From Octopus vulgaris (taxonomy: Eukaryota): DNA of 64,000 bases. Shown piece after piece: positions 1 to 12,248 of the stretch; positions within the stretch are counted from its first letter, which is position 1, and every line of letters begins with the position of its first letter. The stretch lies in contig OX597829.1 in assembly GCA_951406725.2 (NCBI GenBank), positions 45,818,001 through 45,882,000 of the forward strand, read 5' to 3'. Under the pieces are notes generated by a model. It was not told where the DNA came from. It ran no database searches and saw only the letters and a list, made by a program, of their open reading frames with translations. Both the position numbers and the translations under genes were made by a program.

Positions 1-602
1 TTAACATATTTTCAGAGATTATCATTCTGAAAACGTCAGAACATAAAATGAAATATAATGAAATATTCAGATGTACTTTAAGACTATTGTTTGTTTTGTT
101 TTTGTTTTCTTACGATAGTGGACCTTTGCGAACTTCAGGAAAAATTGTTGAATGTCTTTTGAAGTAGCGTTCTTTGGTGTAAAACTAGTTGTATGCAATA
201 AATATCAATCACAACACTTTCATGTTAATAGTAAACTTTTACTTTTTGTTGCTATATTGTTAACTTATGTTTGGAACCTAAATTAACATGAAAGTTTGAT
301 GGAGGTTTTTGGTTCATTATTAAGTCAATATCGAAGGTTTTGATTCAGATCATTTTAACCCTTTTGTTACCATATTTCTGTTGAAATACTCTGCATTTAT
401 TTCAATAAATTTTGGAACATAACAAAGAATTTAGTAAAATAACTTTGTCGTTATTAAGTTGGTATTTGGAACACAACATGAAATTTTGAGGGAAGGTTTT
501 AATTTAGATCTGTTTAACCCATTTTGTTACTCTTTGCTCTTTTACTTGTTTCAGTCATTTGACTGCGGCCATGCTGGAGCACCGCAAGAATGTGTATATA
601 TA

Positions 603-643
<41 letters not shown>

Positions 644-717
644 ATTTGACATGATCGTTAGAACCATGTGAGTTTGGTTAATAATGTGGTTGATGTTTAT
701 GTCCTTGATATCTTCAG

Positions 718-840
718 GTGAATCTCAAGTATATACACTGGGACAGATTGGCAAACATATTGTGGTTTCGACAAAGCTCTCAAAAGGTGCAGCAGAGCAG
801 AAGATGATTTCAGCCGAAAACACCATCACAAGACTTTTAG
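718..840 (+). CDS. Penultimate coding exon of a nucleoside-phosphorylase-like (PNP_UDP_1/MTAN fold) domain protein; gene begins upstream of the window
   Basis: Acceptor tcttcag|G at 711-718 and donor G|gtaagt at 840-846. 123 nt, phase 1-1, reads (G)ESQVYTLGQIGKHIVVSTKLSKGAAEQKMISAENTITRLL(G). YTLGxIGxHxVV is typical of the start of PNP_UDP_1 domains. Confidence 0.88.
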
Positions 841-1213
841 GTAAGTAAACTCAATTGCGTTTATTCTCCATCATGTTCTAAACAAAATAATGCTAGTGAT
901 AGTTTGCCCTTGCTTCTATTCCACCTCAACCCTGCTCCTTTTGCTTCTCCTCCTCCTCCTCCTCCTCCTCCTCCCATTGCTATTTGTTGCTACAGTTGAC
1001 AGTATTATTGTCATGTGACAATAGTTTTTAACAATAAATGACTTTGAAATCACATAGAAAATATATATATATATATATAATTAATTAATAAGGGTGAGAG
1101 AATTAGATACTAATTTAATAGTATATCTATTCTACACCAAGTGGCCTAGTGGTTGAAACCTTTTGGATTAACTGGTGCTAGAGTGAGCCATATAGTGACC
1201 ACTCTCTTATATT

Positions 1214-1250
<37 letters not shown>

Positions 1251-1255
1251 ATTTG

Positions 1256-1556
1256 TTTGTTCTTTCTTGAGCCACGCCTGGCTCATAGGGCCTGTTTCCT
1301 GGTTTCCTTGGCGTATAGGTTCCCCATCTGTATGGGACGCCGGTCTGTCACAGGTGAGCTGCAAAATGCAGGAGGAAAGAGTGAGAGAAAGTTGTGGTGA
1401 AAGTGTCAGCAGAAGTTTCTCCATTACCTTCTGCCAGAGCCACGTGGAGCTTAGGTGTTTCGCTCATAAACACACACATCGCCCGGTCTGAGATTCGAAC
1501 CCGTGATCCCTCAACCGCAAGTCCACTGCCCTAGCCACTAGGCCATGTGCCTCCAC
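1256..1556 (-). mobile_element. tRNA-derived SINE, family C (tail type 1)
   Basis: Minus strand begins GTGGAGGCACATGGCCTAGTGG (A box) and has GGTTCGAATCT (B box). Body is shared with 16323, 36064 and 58651. Confidence 0.85.
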
Positions 1557-1615
1557 GTAATATATGTATGCATGTATATACATGTATGCATGTATATATA
1601 TGTATGTATATATAT

Positions 1616-1825
1616 AAAACAAAGAAAAATCATGAGAAAAAACAACATGAGGACGTGATACGTGCACAGTATTAAAAGACGCTCAAGGAAGGAAAGAAAG
1701 GTAGTTTTACGTTTTGAGCAAAGCTCTTCTTCAGAATCTGGAGTCAGAGGAAAGTCCAAGAGAAAAGGAAGATGGAGGGGGTAAAAAATCACCAACGATC
1801 CTCTTGTAGTTACATTTTGAAATGT
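1616..1825 (-). mobile_element. Short interspersed element in a TA/CA tract with a degenerate minimal hammerhead motif (Penelope pLTR-like)
   Basis: Minus strand 1704-1738 reads CTGAAGA-AGAGC-TTT-GCTC-aAAACGTA. A partial copy in opposite orientation lies at about 5600-5665. Confidence 0.5.
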
Positions 1826-2188
1826 ATACACACACACACACACGCACTTTTGATTATATGATGTTATATGCAAAGTCATTAGGAGCTACTCAAACCAGAC
1901 ACACTTCTGATCATTTAACCTCCCCACCCACAAAAAAAAAAATTTATTTGAAAGATCTATGCAATATTTGTAGCTATACTTGTAAATATGCTTGATGTCT
2001 TTCAAAACATAATGAAAAATAATGAACAAAAAAATTTTAATGGAAAATGAAATTAATATATATATTAAATACTTTAATATATTTAATATATATATTTTAA
2101 TATACTTAGTATGTATATATGCGTATATGTCTGTATATGAATGTATACATATGTATATGTATGTATGCGTATATATATATATGTATGT

Positions 2189-2352
2189 AACGGGAAAGTT
2201 TACGAAAATAAACAAAAGACGAAGGCAGGTGGAGTACAAACAAACAAATGTATTAGTTTAGCGCTCAGGAATAGAAATAGAAAAAGTCTTTTACGTTTCG
2301 AGCCTACGCTCTTCGACAGAAAGATACACAGAAAAAAGCAAGGAGAGAAACA
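2189..2352 (-). mobile_element. Short pLTR-like repeat with hammerhead-like motif, copy 1
   Basis: Near-identical to the reverse complement of 62468-62663. Abuts TA-rich microsatellite. Confidence 0.75.
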
Positions 2353-2642
2353 AGAAGATATTATGTATATATATAAAAGATATGAGGAGTTTTTGTCAGG
2401 GTGACTCAAACTAATAGGTATGAGTGCTGAGTGCTCAAATTGAGTGTGCCACTAAAATTCCGGTTTGAACTGCATTTGAAATTATGATTTTGTGACTGCC
2501 TCATCCAAAACAGCTAGAATTAGCTTTCCCTTGAGTTGGTAGGAACAGGTTAAGGGAGAAAGGAAATGCAAACAATTTGGCAAGACTTAACATTGATGAT
2601 TAATTCAATTTAGCTATATAATATCTCTACCTTTTATTGTAT

Positions 2643-2716
2643 AGCCAAAAATTAAATTAAATGTCTTTGTCAAGTGTAGCCAAATTGTTGCCCTTTTCTT
2701 TCTATTTTAACCTGTG

Positions 2717-2793
<77 letters not shown>

Positions 2794-3162
2794 ATACATG
2801 TATATGAATATAAATGTATATGTATGGATATATCATCATCATCATCATCATCGTTTAACGTCCGTTCTCCATGCTAGCATGGGTTGGACGGTTCGACCGG
2901 GGTTCTGGGAAGCCAGAAGGCTGCACCAGGCTCCAGTCTAATCTGGCAATGTTTCTACAGCTGGATGCCCTTCCTAACGCCAACCACTCCGTGAGTGTAG
3001 TGGGTGTTTTTTACGTGCCACCTGCACAGGTGCCAGGTGAGGCTGGCAACGGCCACGGTCAGATTGGTGTATTTTATGTGCCACCGGCACGGAAGCCAAA
3101 AATTAAATTAAATGTCTTTGTCAAGTGTAGCCAAATTGTTGCCCTTTTCTTTCTATTTTAAC

Positions 3163-3248
<86 letters not shown>

Positions 3249-3553
3249 ATACATGTATATGAATATAAATGTATATGTATGGATATATCATCATCATCAT
3301 CATCATCGTTTAACGTCCGTTCTCCATGCTAGCATGGGTTGGACGGTTCGACCGGGGTTCTGGGAAGCCAGAAGGCTGCACCAGGCTCCAGTCTAATCTG
3401 GCAATGTTTCTACAGCTGGATGCCCTTCCTAACGCCAACCACTCCGTGAGTGTAGTGGGTGCTTTTTACGTACCACCTGCACAGGTGCCAGGTGAGGCTG
3501 GCAACGGCCACGGTCAGATTGGTGTATTTTATGTGCCACCGGCACGGAAGCCA
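2643..3553. repeat. About 450-bp tandem duplication (two units) with AGCCA junction microhomology
   Basis: 2643-3093 is repeated at 3094-3548. The units differ only in the TA/CA tract and 2 substitutions. Confidence 0.92.
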
Positions 3554-3630
3554 GTCGAGGCGGTGCTGGCATCGGCCACGAGTCGGATAGTGCTTTTTAC
3601 GTACCACCAGACCAGGGATCCTGGCTGGTT
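3288..3630 (-). mobile_element. SINE/LINE-tail family D ending in (GAT)n; truncated duplicate at 2833-3098
   Basis: Minus strand ...GGTTGGCGTTAGGAAGGGCATCCAGCTGTAGAAAC...GGACGTTAAACGATGATGATG. At least 8 further copies in the window. Confidence 0.8.
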
Positions 3631-3649
3631 CAATTCGATTTCGATTTCG

Positions 3650-3696
<47 letters not shown>

Positions 3697-3805
3697 CATA
3701 CATGTATATGTATATAAATGTATATATATGTATATATATATGGATATATGTATATATATATGTATTGATATATATATGTCTATATATGTATAAGTATATA
3801 TATAT

Positions 3806-4062
3806 GTATGTGACAGACCATGTCTTTCTTTTGCTGGGCTAAAATCTCATTTTCGAACTCATGGAAAACAAACCCCTACCAACTATTCTGCCTATATGTC
3901 TGTGCTCACCTTTCAATGCCATGTATGTCATAAGGTCTGCAATTTTAACAGAGACCTCAAAAGACATTTCAAGATCCACAAAGATCAGGGCTTAACTGCA
4001 ACTCTTTGTGGTCCAAATTGGATATGCAATGTATGTGGGTGTCTTTTCAAAACATTGTCTGG
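3806..4062 (+). pseudogene. Tandem C2H2-type zinc-finger fragment, probably the C-terminus of an RTE-like LINE ORF2
   Basis: One frame gives [57 protein letters not shown]. No TGEKP linkers, no splice acceptor, both ends truncated in microsatellite. Confidence 0.55.
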
Positions 4063-4149
4063 AGATGCCATGATGGTAATAAGGTGTAGGTACAGGGGAT
4101 GGTCAAACTCTACATAAGGAGTAGACAATACCTTTTGTGTGTATATATA

Positions 4150-4180
<31 letters not shown>

Positions 4181-4869
4181 ATATATATATGTATATATAT
4201 ATATAGATATGTATGTATATGTGTATGTATGTATATATGTATATATATTTTGTATATATATGTATACATATATATAGATATATATACACATATACATTAT
4301 ATATATATATATATACATACACACAGACTATATATATAGTTGCTATATATTAATAGTGCTACCGGTAAACAATGTAGACTGGTACTAGCTGCAGCATTTT
4401 GAAAAAAAAGTCTAAATAAGATAAAAATAATTTTAGTTAGTAGAAAAAAAAAAAATAATGTTGTGTAGAAAGAGCAAAGAAAAAATAAAATTCTGTGTAG
4501 AACAAGAAAAAAAATCTAAAGTGAAAAATAATTCTGAAAATGAAATGAAAAAGTTTCAAAGGGGGCAGGGGTTGTGGCGGATACCCTCAGGTGAGAAGCG
4601 GGCTGCTCCACTACTAATAAATAATGGACAGACTTGGTATGTATTGTCAGTCAGCAAGGTACGCTGTTCGGACCAGTCACACAGACAACGGAGTTATGTT
4701 GTCATAATGCCTGACATATTATTTATATATGTATGTATATATATGTATATGCGTATGTCTATGTATATGTATGTATATATAGGTATATATATATGTTTGT
4801 ACATATGTATGTATATATGCATGTACATATGTATGTACATATGTATGTATATATGTATGTATATATATA

Positions 4870-4912
<43 letters not shown>

Positions 4913-4925
4913 AAATATATGTATG

Positions 4926-4974
<49 letters not shown>

Positions 4975-5038
4975 GTATATGCTTGTATATGTGCAAGTGT
5001 ATGTGTGTGATGGGAGTGTGTGTGGGGGGATGTGAATG

Positions 5039-5070
<32 letters not shown>

Positions 5071-5225
5071 CGCACACACACACACATATATTTATATGTA
5101 TAAATATGTTATGTTACGCGTATGCATGTAAGCACCTATGTGTAATGAAGATGAGGTTGCGTACGTATATATATATACATGTGTGTGGGTATGTATGTAT
5201 GTATGCATGAGTACGTACTGCATAT

Positions 5226-5276
<51 letters not shown>

Positions 5277-5557
5277 CATATACATGCTCTTTGTGTATGT
5301 GTACGTATGTAGATGCTATGAACGCAGGTGTTTCATGTTTCTATAACTTTTTTTATATATTTTTATCTTTTTTTCTTTTTCACTTTTTCCATCTATTAGA
5401 GTTACTTCCCTTAAATTTAATAGTTCTTTTTTTTTCCTTTGTAGCGTCTGTTACCATTAATAGGTGATGAAAATGTACAGTAGCTCTTTGCTCTGACATT
5501 CAAACTTCTGAGTACTAATAATGACAACTGTTTAATGTTTGCTCTATTTATTGTAGC

Positions 5558-5588
<31 letters not shown>

Positions 5589-6156
5589 CATTGTTTTTTT
5601 TCCAAAATGTAACCACATGTGAATCGTTGGTGATTTTTTTTTTTTCCTCTGTCTTCCTTGGAATTTCTGGAACCACCGTCGACACTGGCTTATGCTTATT
5701 GTCTGATCCCTATATATATGCATTAATATTCCTCACACTTTCCGTTGAATTGTTGCCTTTATTGATCTCATAAAGCAAAATATGCTGAAAATGCTCCTTT
5801 GTCACTTCCATTATAGCTTTGAAAAAAAAAAAATAACTGTTAAAATCAAACTGCATTCTTCAAAACTTGCACTAAGAATAAGTACAAGGTAAAATTTCTA
5901 CCTGCTTTTATAGCAAGTTGGTGCTGGTAGTTTATCCCATACCTCTCCGACTTTTAGTTCATGCAATTGAAAAAAACTGCATTATTTATGGATGAGCCGA
6001 TAATTTCAGAAGTTCTTAAATTTTCTGAAAATGTTCCTCTTTCAATAGTTTTCTTTTAAAAAATATATATATGTTTTGTTAAGCTTTTAATTTTTCTTTC
6101 GTGTGGAAAGAATTCTAATAATTTTTTTTCTTTTTATTTTTCTTTTATTTTTTCAG

Positions 6157-6887
6157 GCGTTTTTAGTTATGTTGAACATGTTATTCTTGTTGGTGTTGGT
6201 GGTGCTGTTCCTCACTTCTCAGACTTCAACAAACATGTTCGACTTGGAGATGTGGTAGTATCTACGCCTGTTGACAGAAGTGGTTCACTCTATGTTCATT
6301 GCCAACGAGCTGAGAATATACCTAATTCCATTGGCTACAGTTATGTGACACAGTCATGGGCATCAACCAATCACAGCCTTCAGAAAGCTGTTGAGAACCT
6401 CAAGTGCACTGTTGAACGGAATCCCACCATTGCAAAACCATGGGATCCCTACATTGAAGAAGGGAGAGATCTCCTTGAAAGTGAAGAATCAGATTTTAAC
6501 CGTCCATCTATTATGCGTGATAAGCTCTTTGCAACCCAACCTAATGGTACTGTTGTTCAATACGAGCATCCGAAACCATCTGGTAGTCATTATCAGTCCT
6601 ACACAGAGGGACAGGTGACCATTAGATATGGAGTTATTGGCTCTGGCAAAATGGTAACCCAAAATGAAAAGATGCGCAAGGATTTTTCCCAGCTGAATGG
6701 CATCAAGGCTTTCGATTCAGAATTTGACGCCGTTCTTGACTCGCTGGAAGGAAGTAGAAACTGCAGTTTCCTAGTAATTCGAGGAATGGCAGATTACATT
6801 GATGGAACTGGGAAGAAAGGCTGGCAACCATATGCAGCGCTTGTTGCAGCAGCATACATGAAGTCTTTGCTACATGTACTCGAATGA
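6157..6887 (+). CDS. Terminal coding exon of the same PNP_UDP_1/MTAN-like protein
   Basis: Long polypyrimidine tract and tttcag acceptor (6151-6156), in phase with the 840 donor (G|GC = Gly). Reads GVFSYVEHVILVGVGGAVP..HVRLGDVVVS..IRYGVIGSG..AFDSE..LVIRGMADY..WQPYAALVAAAYMKSLL. TGA at 6885-6887. Confidence 0.92.
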
Positions 6888-6965
6888 TTATATACACACT
6901 TTTTGGTGTATATAATATATTTTCAGCTAAAAATATGCTAATATCAGCTTTGGTAAGGTTTTATT

Positions 6966-7064
6966 AATAAAATTACAATTGAAGTAATTTACATAACCTG
7001 CTGGTGTGGATATGTAAAAAGATGAAAAAAAAATAATATAAATAATAAACAAAAAATGAATAAA
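6966..7064 (+). promoter_or_regulatory. Candidate polyadenylation signals (AATAAA at 6966, 7044, 7059)
   Basis: Hexamers 80-180 nt downstream of the stop. The AT-rich context makes chance matches likely. Confidence 0.3.
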
Positions 7065-7660
7065 AAATATTAAATTATATAGATGTTTTATCTATATAAT
7101 TCTTACTTGCTTTCTATATACATAAAACACAGATGCCAACACACTTGCACACATTTACATACACTCATGTATGCTTGTCATCACATCCGTAATAAAATTG
7201 TAATACATTCTATACATACACACAAGCAGTGCCACATTTCTAATAACACAAGTAAATGCATAGATAAGGATATTAAATATATAGATAGTTATTTGATTTT
7301 ATATACAGATGTTTGCATGCATGTATTTTCATATATATCCATATGTCTGTGTATAAGTACACACACAACACACACACAGCACACACTCACACAAATTTAT
7401 ATACACATACATATACAACATACATACTATACACACACAATCATATATATATGTGTGTGTGTATGCATTTTTTTAGATATATGCATTGCTGCTTTTTTCT
7501 CAGTTGACTTGATCACCAGCAGCTGCGAGTTAACCATGCAGCTAAATGATGTCCCATCTAGAAGGAAGACTTATACTATCAGCCCAATTAGCCCCAGTTT
7601 AATGGGCCTGTAAACTTCAGTCTGTCTTCAATGTGTTTTTGTAATCATTTGCATATATTT

Positions 7661-7700
<40 letters not shown>

Positions 7701-7787
7701 TGTGTATGTTTATATATATGTATGTATATATATATATATTATTTTTTATAAAAATACATTATATTTATGTGCATTAATATATACGTG

Positions 7788-7840
<53 letters not shown>

Positions 7841-8060
7841 TTGTGTGTATGTATGTATATACATGTTTTTGCCTGAAAATTGTAGAGGCATGAAACTCAA
7901 GTTGTGAAATGAAATTTTAGTTTCAATAAACTATATACACACATCAATTTGACACTATATGGATTCGAGTAATCCGGTAGTACTCATAAAAAGGCTTCTT
8001 TATGTAGCATTCTACAAGACATAGAGAATATACAGTACGATACAAGAGAAAACAGGGAGT

Positions 8061-8435
8061 GTATAAAATCATAAATAAAAGAGAAATACTTTGATGAAAA
8101 TTTATTTAACACTAAGAAAATTTAAATAACATGACAAATTGTTTCGTAACTTAAAGCATGCAGAGATAATTTATAGTATTATATTTAATGATAAATAAAT
8201 TACTTACATGTATGTATTAATGAAAAATGCAAAAGATCACATTTCTGTATTGTTAAAAAATTTTGTTTTTGTATTTTGCATTAATGCAGACATGCAATTT
8301 ATTTATTATTGAATACAATAATATAAATTATCTTTTACTTGCTTTAAGTTACGAAACAATTGGTTATGACATTTGAATTTTCTTATTGTTAAATAAATTC
8401 TCATTAAATTATTTCTGTTGTTTATAACTTTATAC
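8061..8435. repeat. Degenerate long inverted repeat (about 170-bp arms)
   Basis: For example AATTGTTTCGTAACTTAAAGCA (8137-8158) pairs with TGCTTTAAGTTACGAAACAATT (8340-8361), and AATTTATTTAACA pairs with TGTTAAATAAATT. Confidence 0.8.
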
Positions 8436-8596
8436 ATACATACATACATACATACATACTCACACAAATTCATGTGCACATAGGTAGAAATGTAATGCAT
8501 TCATAAATAAAATAGGGCTAATAAAAAAACAGCATGCGTTAAATGAAAGGGATATTAATTTCGAACAGCATAAATATTTTTCGATAGAACACATAA

Positions 8597-8642
<46 letters not shown>

Positions 8643-8896
8643 ATCAACACATACAGATATATGCATTCACATGCTTGCATACATGCCCATGCCTCAGACA
8701 GATAGGAAATTGCGCAATATTCATCATTTTTCTAAACCATCGAAATAGAAGTAAAACTTGCAGTCTCCCCCTTTTTTTTTTCTTTTTTTTTACCTGCTTT
8801 GAACTGTTTGAATGTCAACAACTGAATTTTTTTAATCTATTATAAACACTATGTTTAAAAAAAGCACATATTTGTTCATTTGTTATTCTTTGTTTG

Positions 8897-8959
<63 letters not shown>

Positions 8960-8960
<1 letters not shown>

Positions 8961-9173
8961 GGCAGCGAGCTGACAGAATTGTCAGCGCACTGGGCAGAAT
9001 GCTTAGCGGCATTTCGGTCTGTCATCACATTCTGAGTTCAAATTCTGCCGAGGTTGACTTTGCCTTTCATCCTTTCAGGGCTGATAAAACAAGTACCAGT
9101 TCAGTACTGGTGTTGATGTAATTGACTTAATTCCTCTCCCGAACTTGCTGGCATTGTGCCAAAATTTTGAAAC

Positions 9174-9175
<2 letters not shown>
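8960..9175 (+). mobile_element. SINE family B (older subfamily) between (ATT)n tracts
   Basis: GGCAGCGAGCTGACAGAA...GAGTTCAAATTCTGCCGAGGTTGACTTTGCCTTTCATCCTTTC...AAGTACCAG. Confidence 0.75.
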
Positions 9176-9206
<31 letters not shown>

Positions 9207-11145
9207 AATTAGGTGGTTGAATCATTGGAACAGTAGATAATATCCTTGTAATATTTTTATGAGCCTTTTGTTTTTTGCAGTTAACTTCAAATCCCTTTTA
9301 AGGTCAACCAGCCCTTTTTTCATCTTTTTGGATAAATAAAATGTTACTGGTCAAGTATGAGTTTGAGGAGGGTTGATAATTTATCCGCTGCCTTCCACTC
9401 AAATTTCTTATCTTGTACCTATGTAAGAAATTTTTTTTTTATTGTCATCATTATTTAGCAAAAAAATAAATAAATAATTATTAATACTTTATGGTAGCCA
9501 ATTAAACTGCTAGAGTTTGAGTTCAAAATCTGCTAAAGTTGGCTTTTCCTTTCTTCCTTCCAGGGTTGTTACTGTTAAGTACAGTCAAGTACTGTTCTAG
9601 TGTCTATGTGGTGGTGGTGGTTACGCAACGTACTCTTTTCTTTCCTCTCCCCTTGCCTCAATATTTACAACCCTCTAGAAATCAATATTTTGCAGTTTTT
9701 TTGTTGTTGTTGCTGTTGTTGCATCATAACTGCAATATTAACAAATGATAAAAGCCACAACAACAACAATAACAACGACAACAATTTGTAACAATTAACA
9801 ATATCAATAGCAGCTAAAACAGGTAGAACATAACAAAAACAAAACGAAACAAACAAAAACAAAAAAAAATGGTAAAAATCATAATCACAACAACCCGAAT
9901 TTAAAGAATAACAACAACTATTGCAAAGTGTAGCAACAACCTCTGCAGCAACATCAAATTGGACAAGAGGGAAAAAAAAAATCATTAAAAAATGAATGAA
10001 TAAAAATATTGTAATAATAATAATAATAATAATAATAATGATGATGATGACGATGATAAAATATGCTACTACTTTTATTACATATTATTCATGGTACATC
10101 TTGGTAAACATGCATAGAAATGTTCACTATTTACAAGGATGTTCACAGTTAACGAAAATGTTCAAGGTTAACCTAAAGTGTTCACCTTAACAAAAAAATG
10201 TTCCCATGAACCATGCTTCGCCCTTTGGCATTCAGATTATTCTAGCAATTGTAATGCTTGTAATAATAATGAATAATAATAATAATAATGATGATGATGA
10301 GAATGATAAAAGGTGTGACTGCCCAGATTTGGTTTAGTTTGAAATGTGAAACGGGCAAAATATTATTCATGGTACATCTTGGGTTAGAAACATGCATAGA
10401 AATGTTCACTATTAATGAGCATGTGCTGGGTTAACGAATATGCTTAAGGTTAACAAATGCTGTACGAAAATGCCTTGAGAGATAAAGATAGCGAGTGCAG
10501 TGCTTTGAGTGTTGAGTGAGGAAGGCAAATATAGCTTGAGCTAACGAGTACACTCTTTGCATTGTTTGCTTCGAAATGACGACTAGGAGAGAGTGTCTAT
10601 CCTTCAAAGTCTGGGTTACCTTGAACCTTTATGGTCCTTTCTCTTGGCCTATGTGGCACACCTTTGTCATACAACATTATCATATTTTGTAAACTGTATT
10701 ATGTACCATAATTTTTCATTTCATTTCATTCGATTTTGATATAAATTTTTGTAAGTTGTTCTTGTATTATCTCCCTCATCTGTCACCGTTGTGGCAATAA
10801 AAATAACTGCTTATTATTATCATTATTATTATTATTATTATTATTATTGATTTGTTTTATGAGGCTGCATGCAGATTTATATTAAGAGGATAAAGAAAGA
10901 ATGCATGATATTGTGTATATATATATATATATATATATTTCGATGGGTGAATGAATTATTCTATGTTTACCGTCAACATGGAAAATTCGATGAACTGATA
11001 CCAGGGTTGCAAATTCACATCAGAAACACGGTTGAAGTGATCTATCCAAAGGTAGAAACTCCGGGTTCATGTGCAGAAATTTGAGTGTTATATATGAATA
11101 AATAAATAAATGGAGTTGAATGAAGATGTTAATAAAATTCCTTTA

Positions 11146-11227
11146 CTTTCGACATATGTTTCGAAGAAAACATGGTTTTATTCCAAAGGAATAAACAGTG
11201 TAAGATGCAATCTTCTCATCAGGAAAG
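11146..11227 (-). ncRNA. Type I hammerhead ribozyme motif (left arm)
   Basis: Minus strand: CTTTC-CTGATGA-GAAGA..(long stem II)..TCTTC-GAAA-CATATG-TC-GAAAG. Intact core, GUC cleavage triplet, palindromic ACATATGT stem III. Confidence 0.72.
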
Positions 11228-11334
11228 AAAGGGATTCTCTCACAACGTTAATAAGTTCACTTATTAACGTTTTGTTTATCATGTAGGCAGTCATCGTAAT
11301 TATTTTTGTCTTGTTGTTGTGAGAGGCTCCCTTT

Positions 11335-11415
11335 CTTTCCTGATGAGAAGATTGCATCTTACACTGTTTATTCTTTGGAATAAAACCATGTTGTCTTTGA
11401 AACATATGTCGAAAG
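11335..11415 (+). ncRNA. Type I hammerhead ribozyme motif (right arm)
   Basis: CTTTC-CTGATGA-GAAGA...TCTTT-GAAA-CATATG-TC-GAAAG. The stem II closing pair is G-U instead of G-C. Confidence 0.65.
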
Positions 11416-11892
11416 TAAAGGAATTTTATTAACATCTTTGTTCAACTCCATTTATTTATTTATTCATATATATATATTCAAACTGATATTTTACTGGAAC
11501 CATTCAAGAATGGACATTGATCTGAATACAGCAGTGACTGAAAAGGCAACAATGTACATATGTGTGGACGTGTTGTTGAGAAGTTTACTTCCCAACCACA
11601 TGGTTTCAGGTTCAATACCACTCAGTAGCATTTTGGGCAAGTGTCTTCTACTATAGCCATAGACTGACCGAAAGCCTTGTGAGTAGATTTAGTTGACAGA
11701 GACTGAAAGAGACCCATTCTCTCTAGTCCATACTATAAGTTCTGTCTTTGTCTCTACTATAAAAAAAAAATAATAGTTACTTTATTGACCACATGGGCCA
11801 ACTGCATAAAATACATAATGTTTATACAAATTGTTACAAACATGGTTCTGCAAGTAGACACACACACATAATATGTGTGTGTGTATATATAT

Positions 11893-12141
11893 ATAATTAG
11901 GAGAAATAACCTCTATTAAACAATTCAATAGTGAAAGACATTATCTATATTAAATAGAAAAAAATTAAACATACTATAATAAATATTATTTAAAAAAATC
12001 AATAAATTAAATAAATATGTTTATTTAATTTATTGATTTTTTGAATAATATTTATTATAATATATTAAAATTTTTTCTATATAATATAGATGATATCTTT
12101 CACTATTGAATTGCTTAATAGTGGTTATTCCTCTTAATTAT
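11893..12141. repeat. Near-perfect AT-rich palindrome (about 123-bp arms, 4-nt loop at 12016-12019) followed by a 100-bp tail and (TA)n
   Basis: CAATTCAATAGTGAAAGA pairs with TCTTTCACTATTGAATTG, and AAATCAATAAATTAAATAAA pairs with TTTATTTAATTTATTGATTT. Confidence 0.9.
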
Positions 12142-12248
12142 CTACATATATTGTATATTGTGAAATTTGATTTAGAATTGCTAAATTGAATTTTTCCTTG
12201 GTATTATATTCCCTACTATTATTATTTTAATTATTATATATATACACT

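Larger units (their letters stand above)
11089..11472. repeat. Inverted-repeat element with about 157-bp arms and 70-bp spacer, TA-flanked
   Basis: 11089-11246 is the reverse complement of 11316-11472 with about 7 differences, three of them CpG-decay type. Confidence 0.95.

Noticed and set aside
10940-11085. Additional hammerhead around GAAACTCCGGGTT (similar GAAACTCAAGTT at 7892)
   Set aside because: No properly placed CUGANGA and no consistent stem I.
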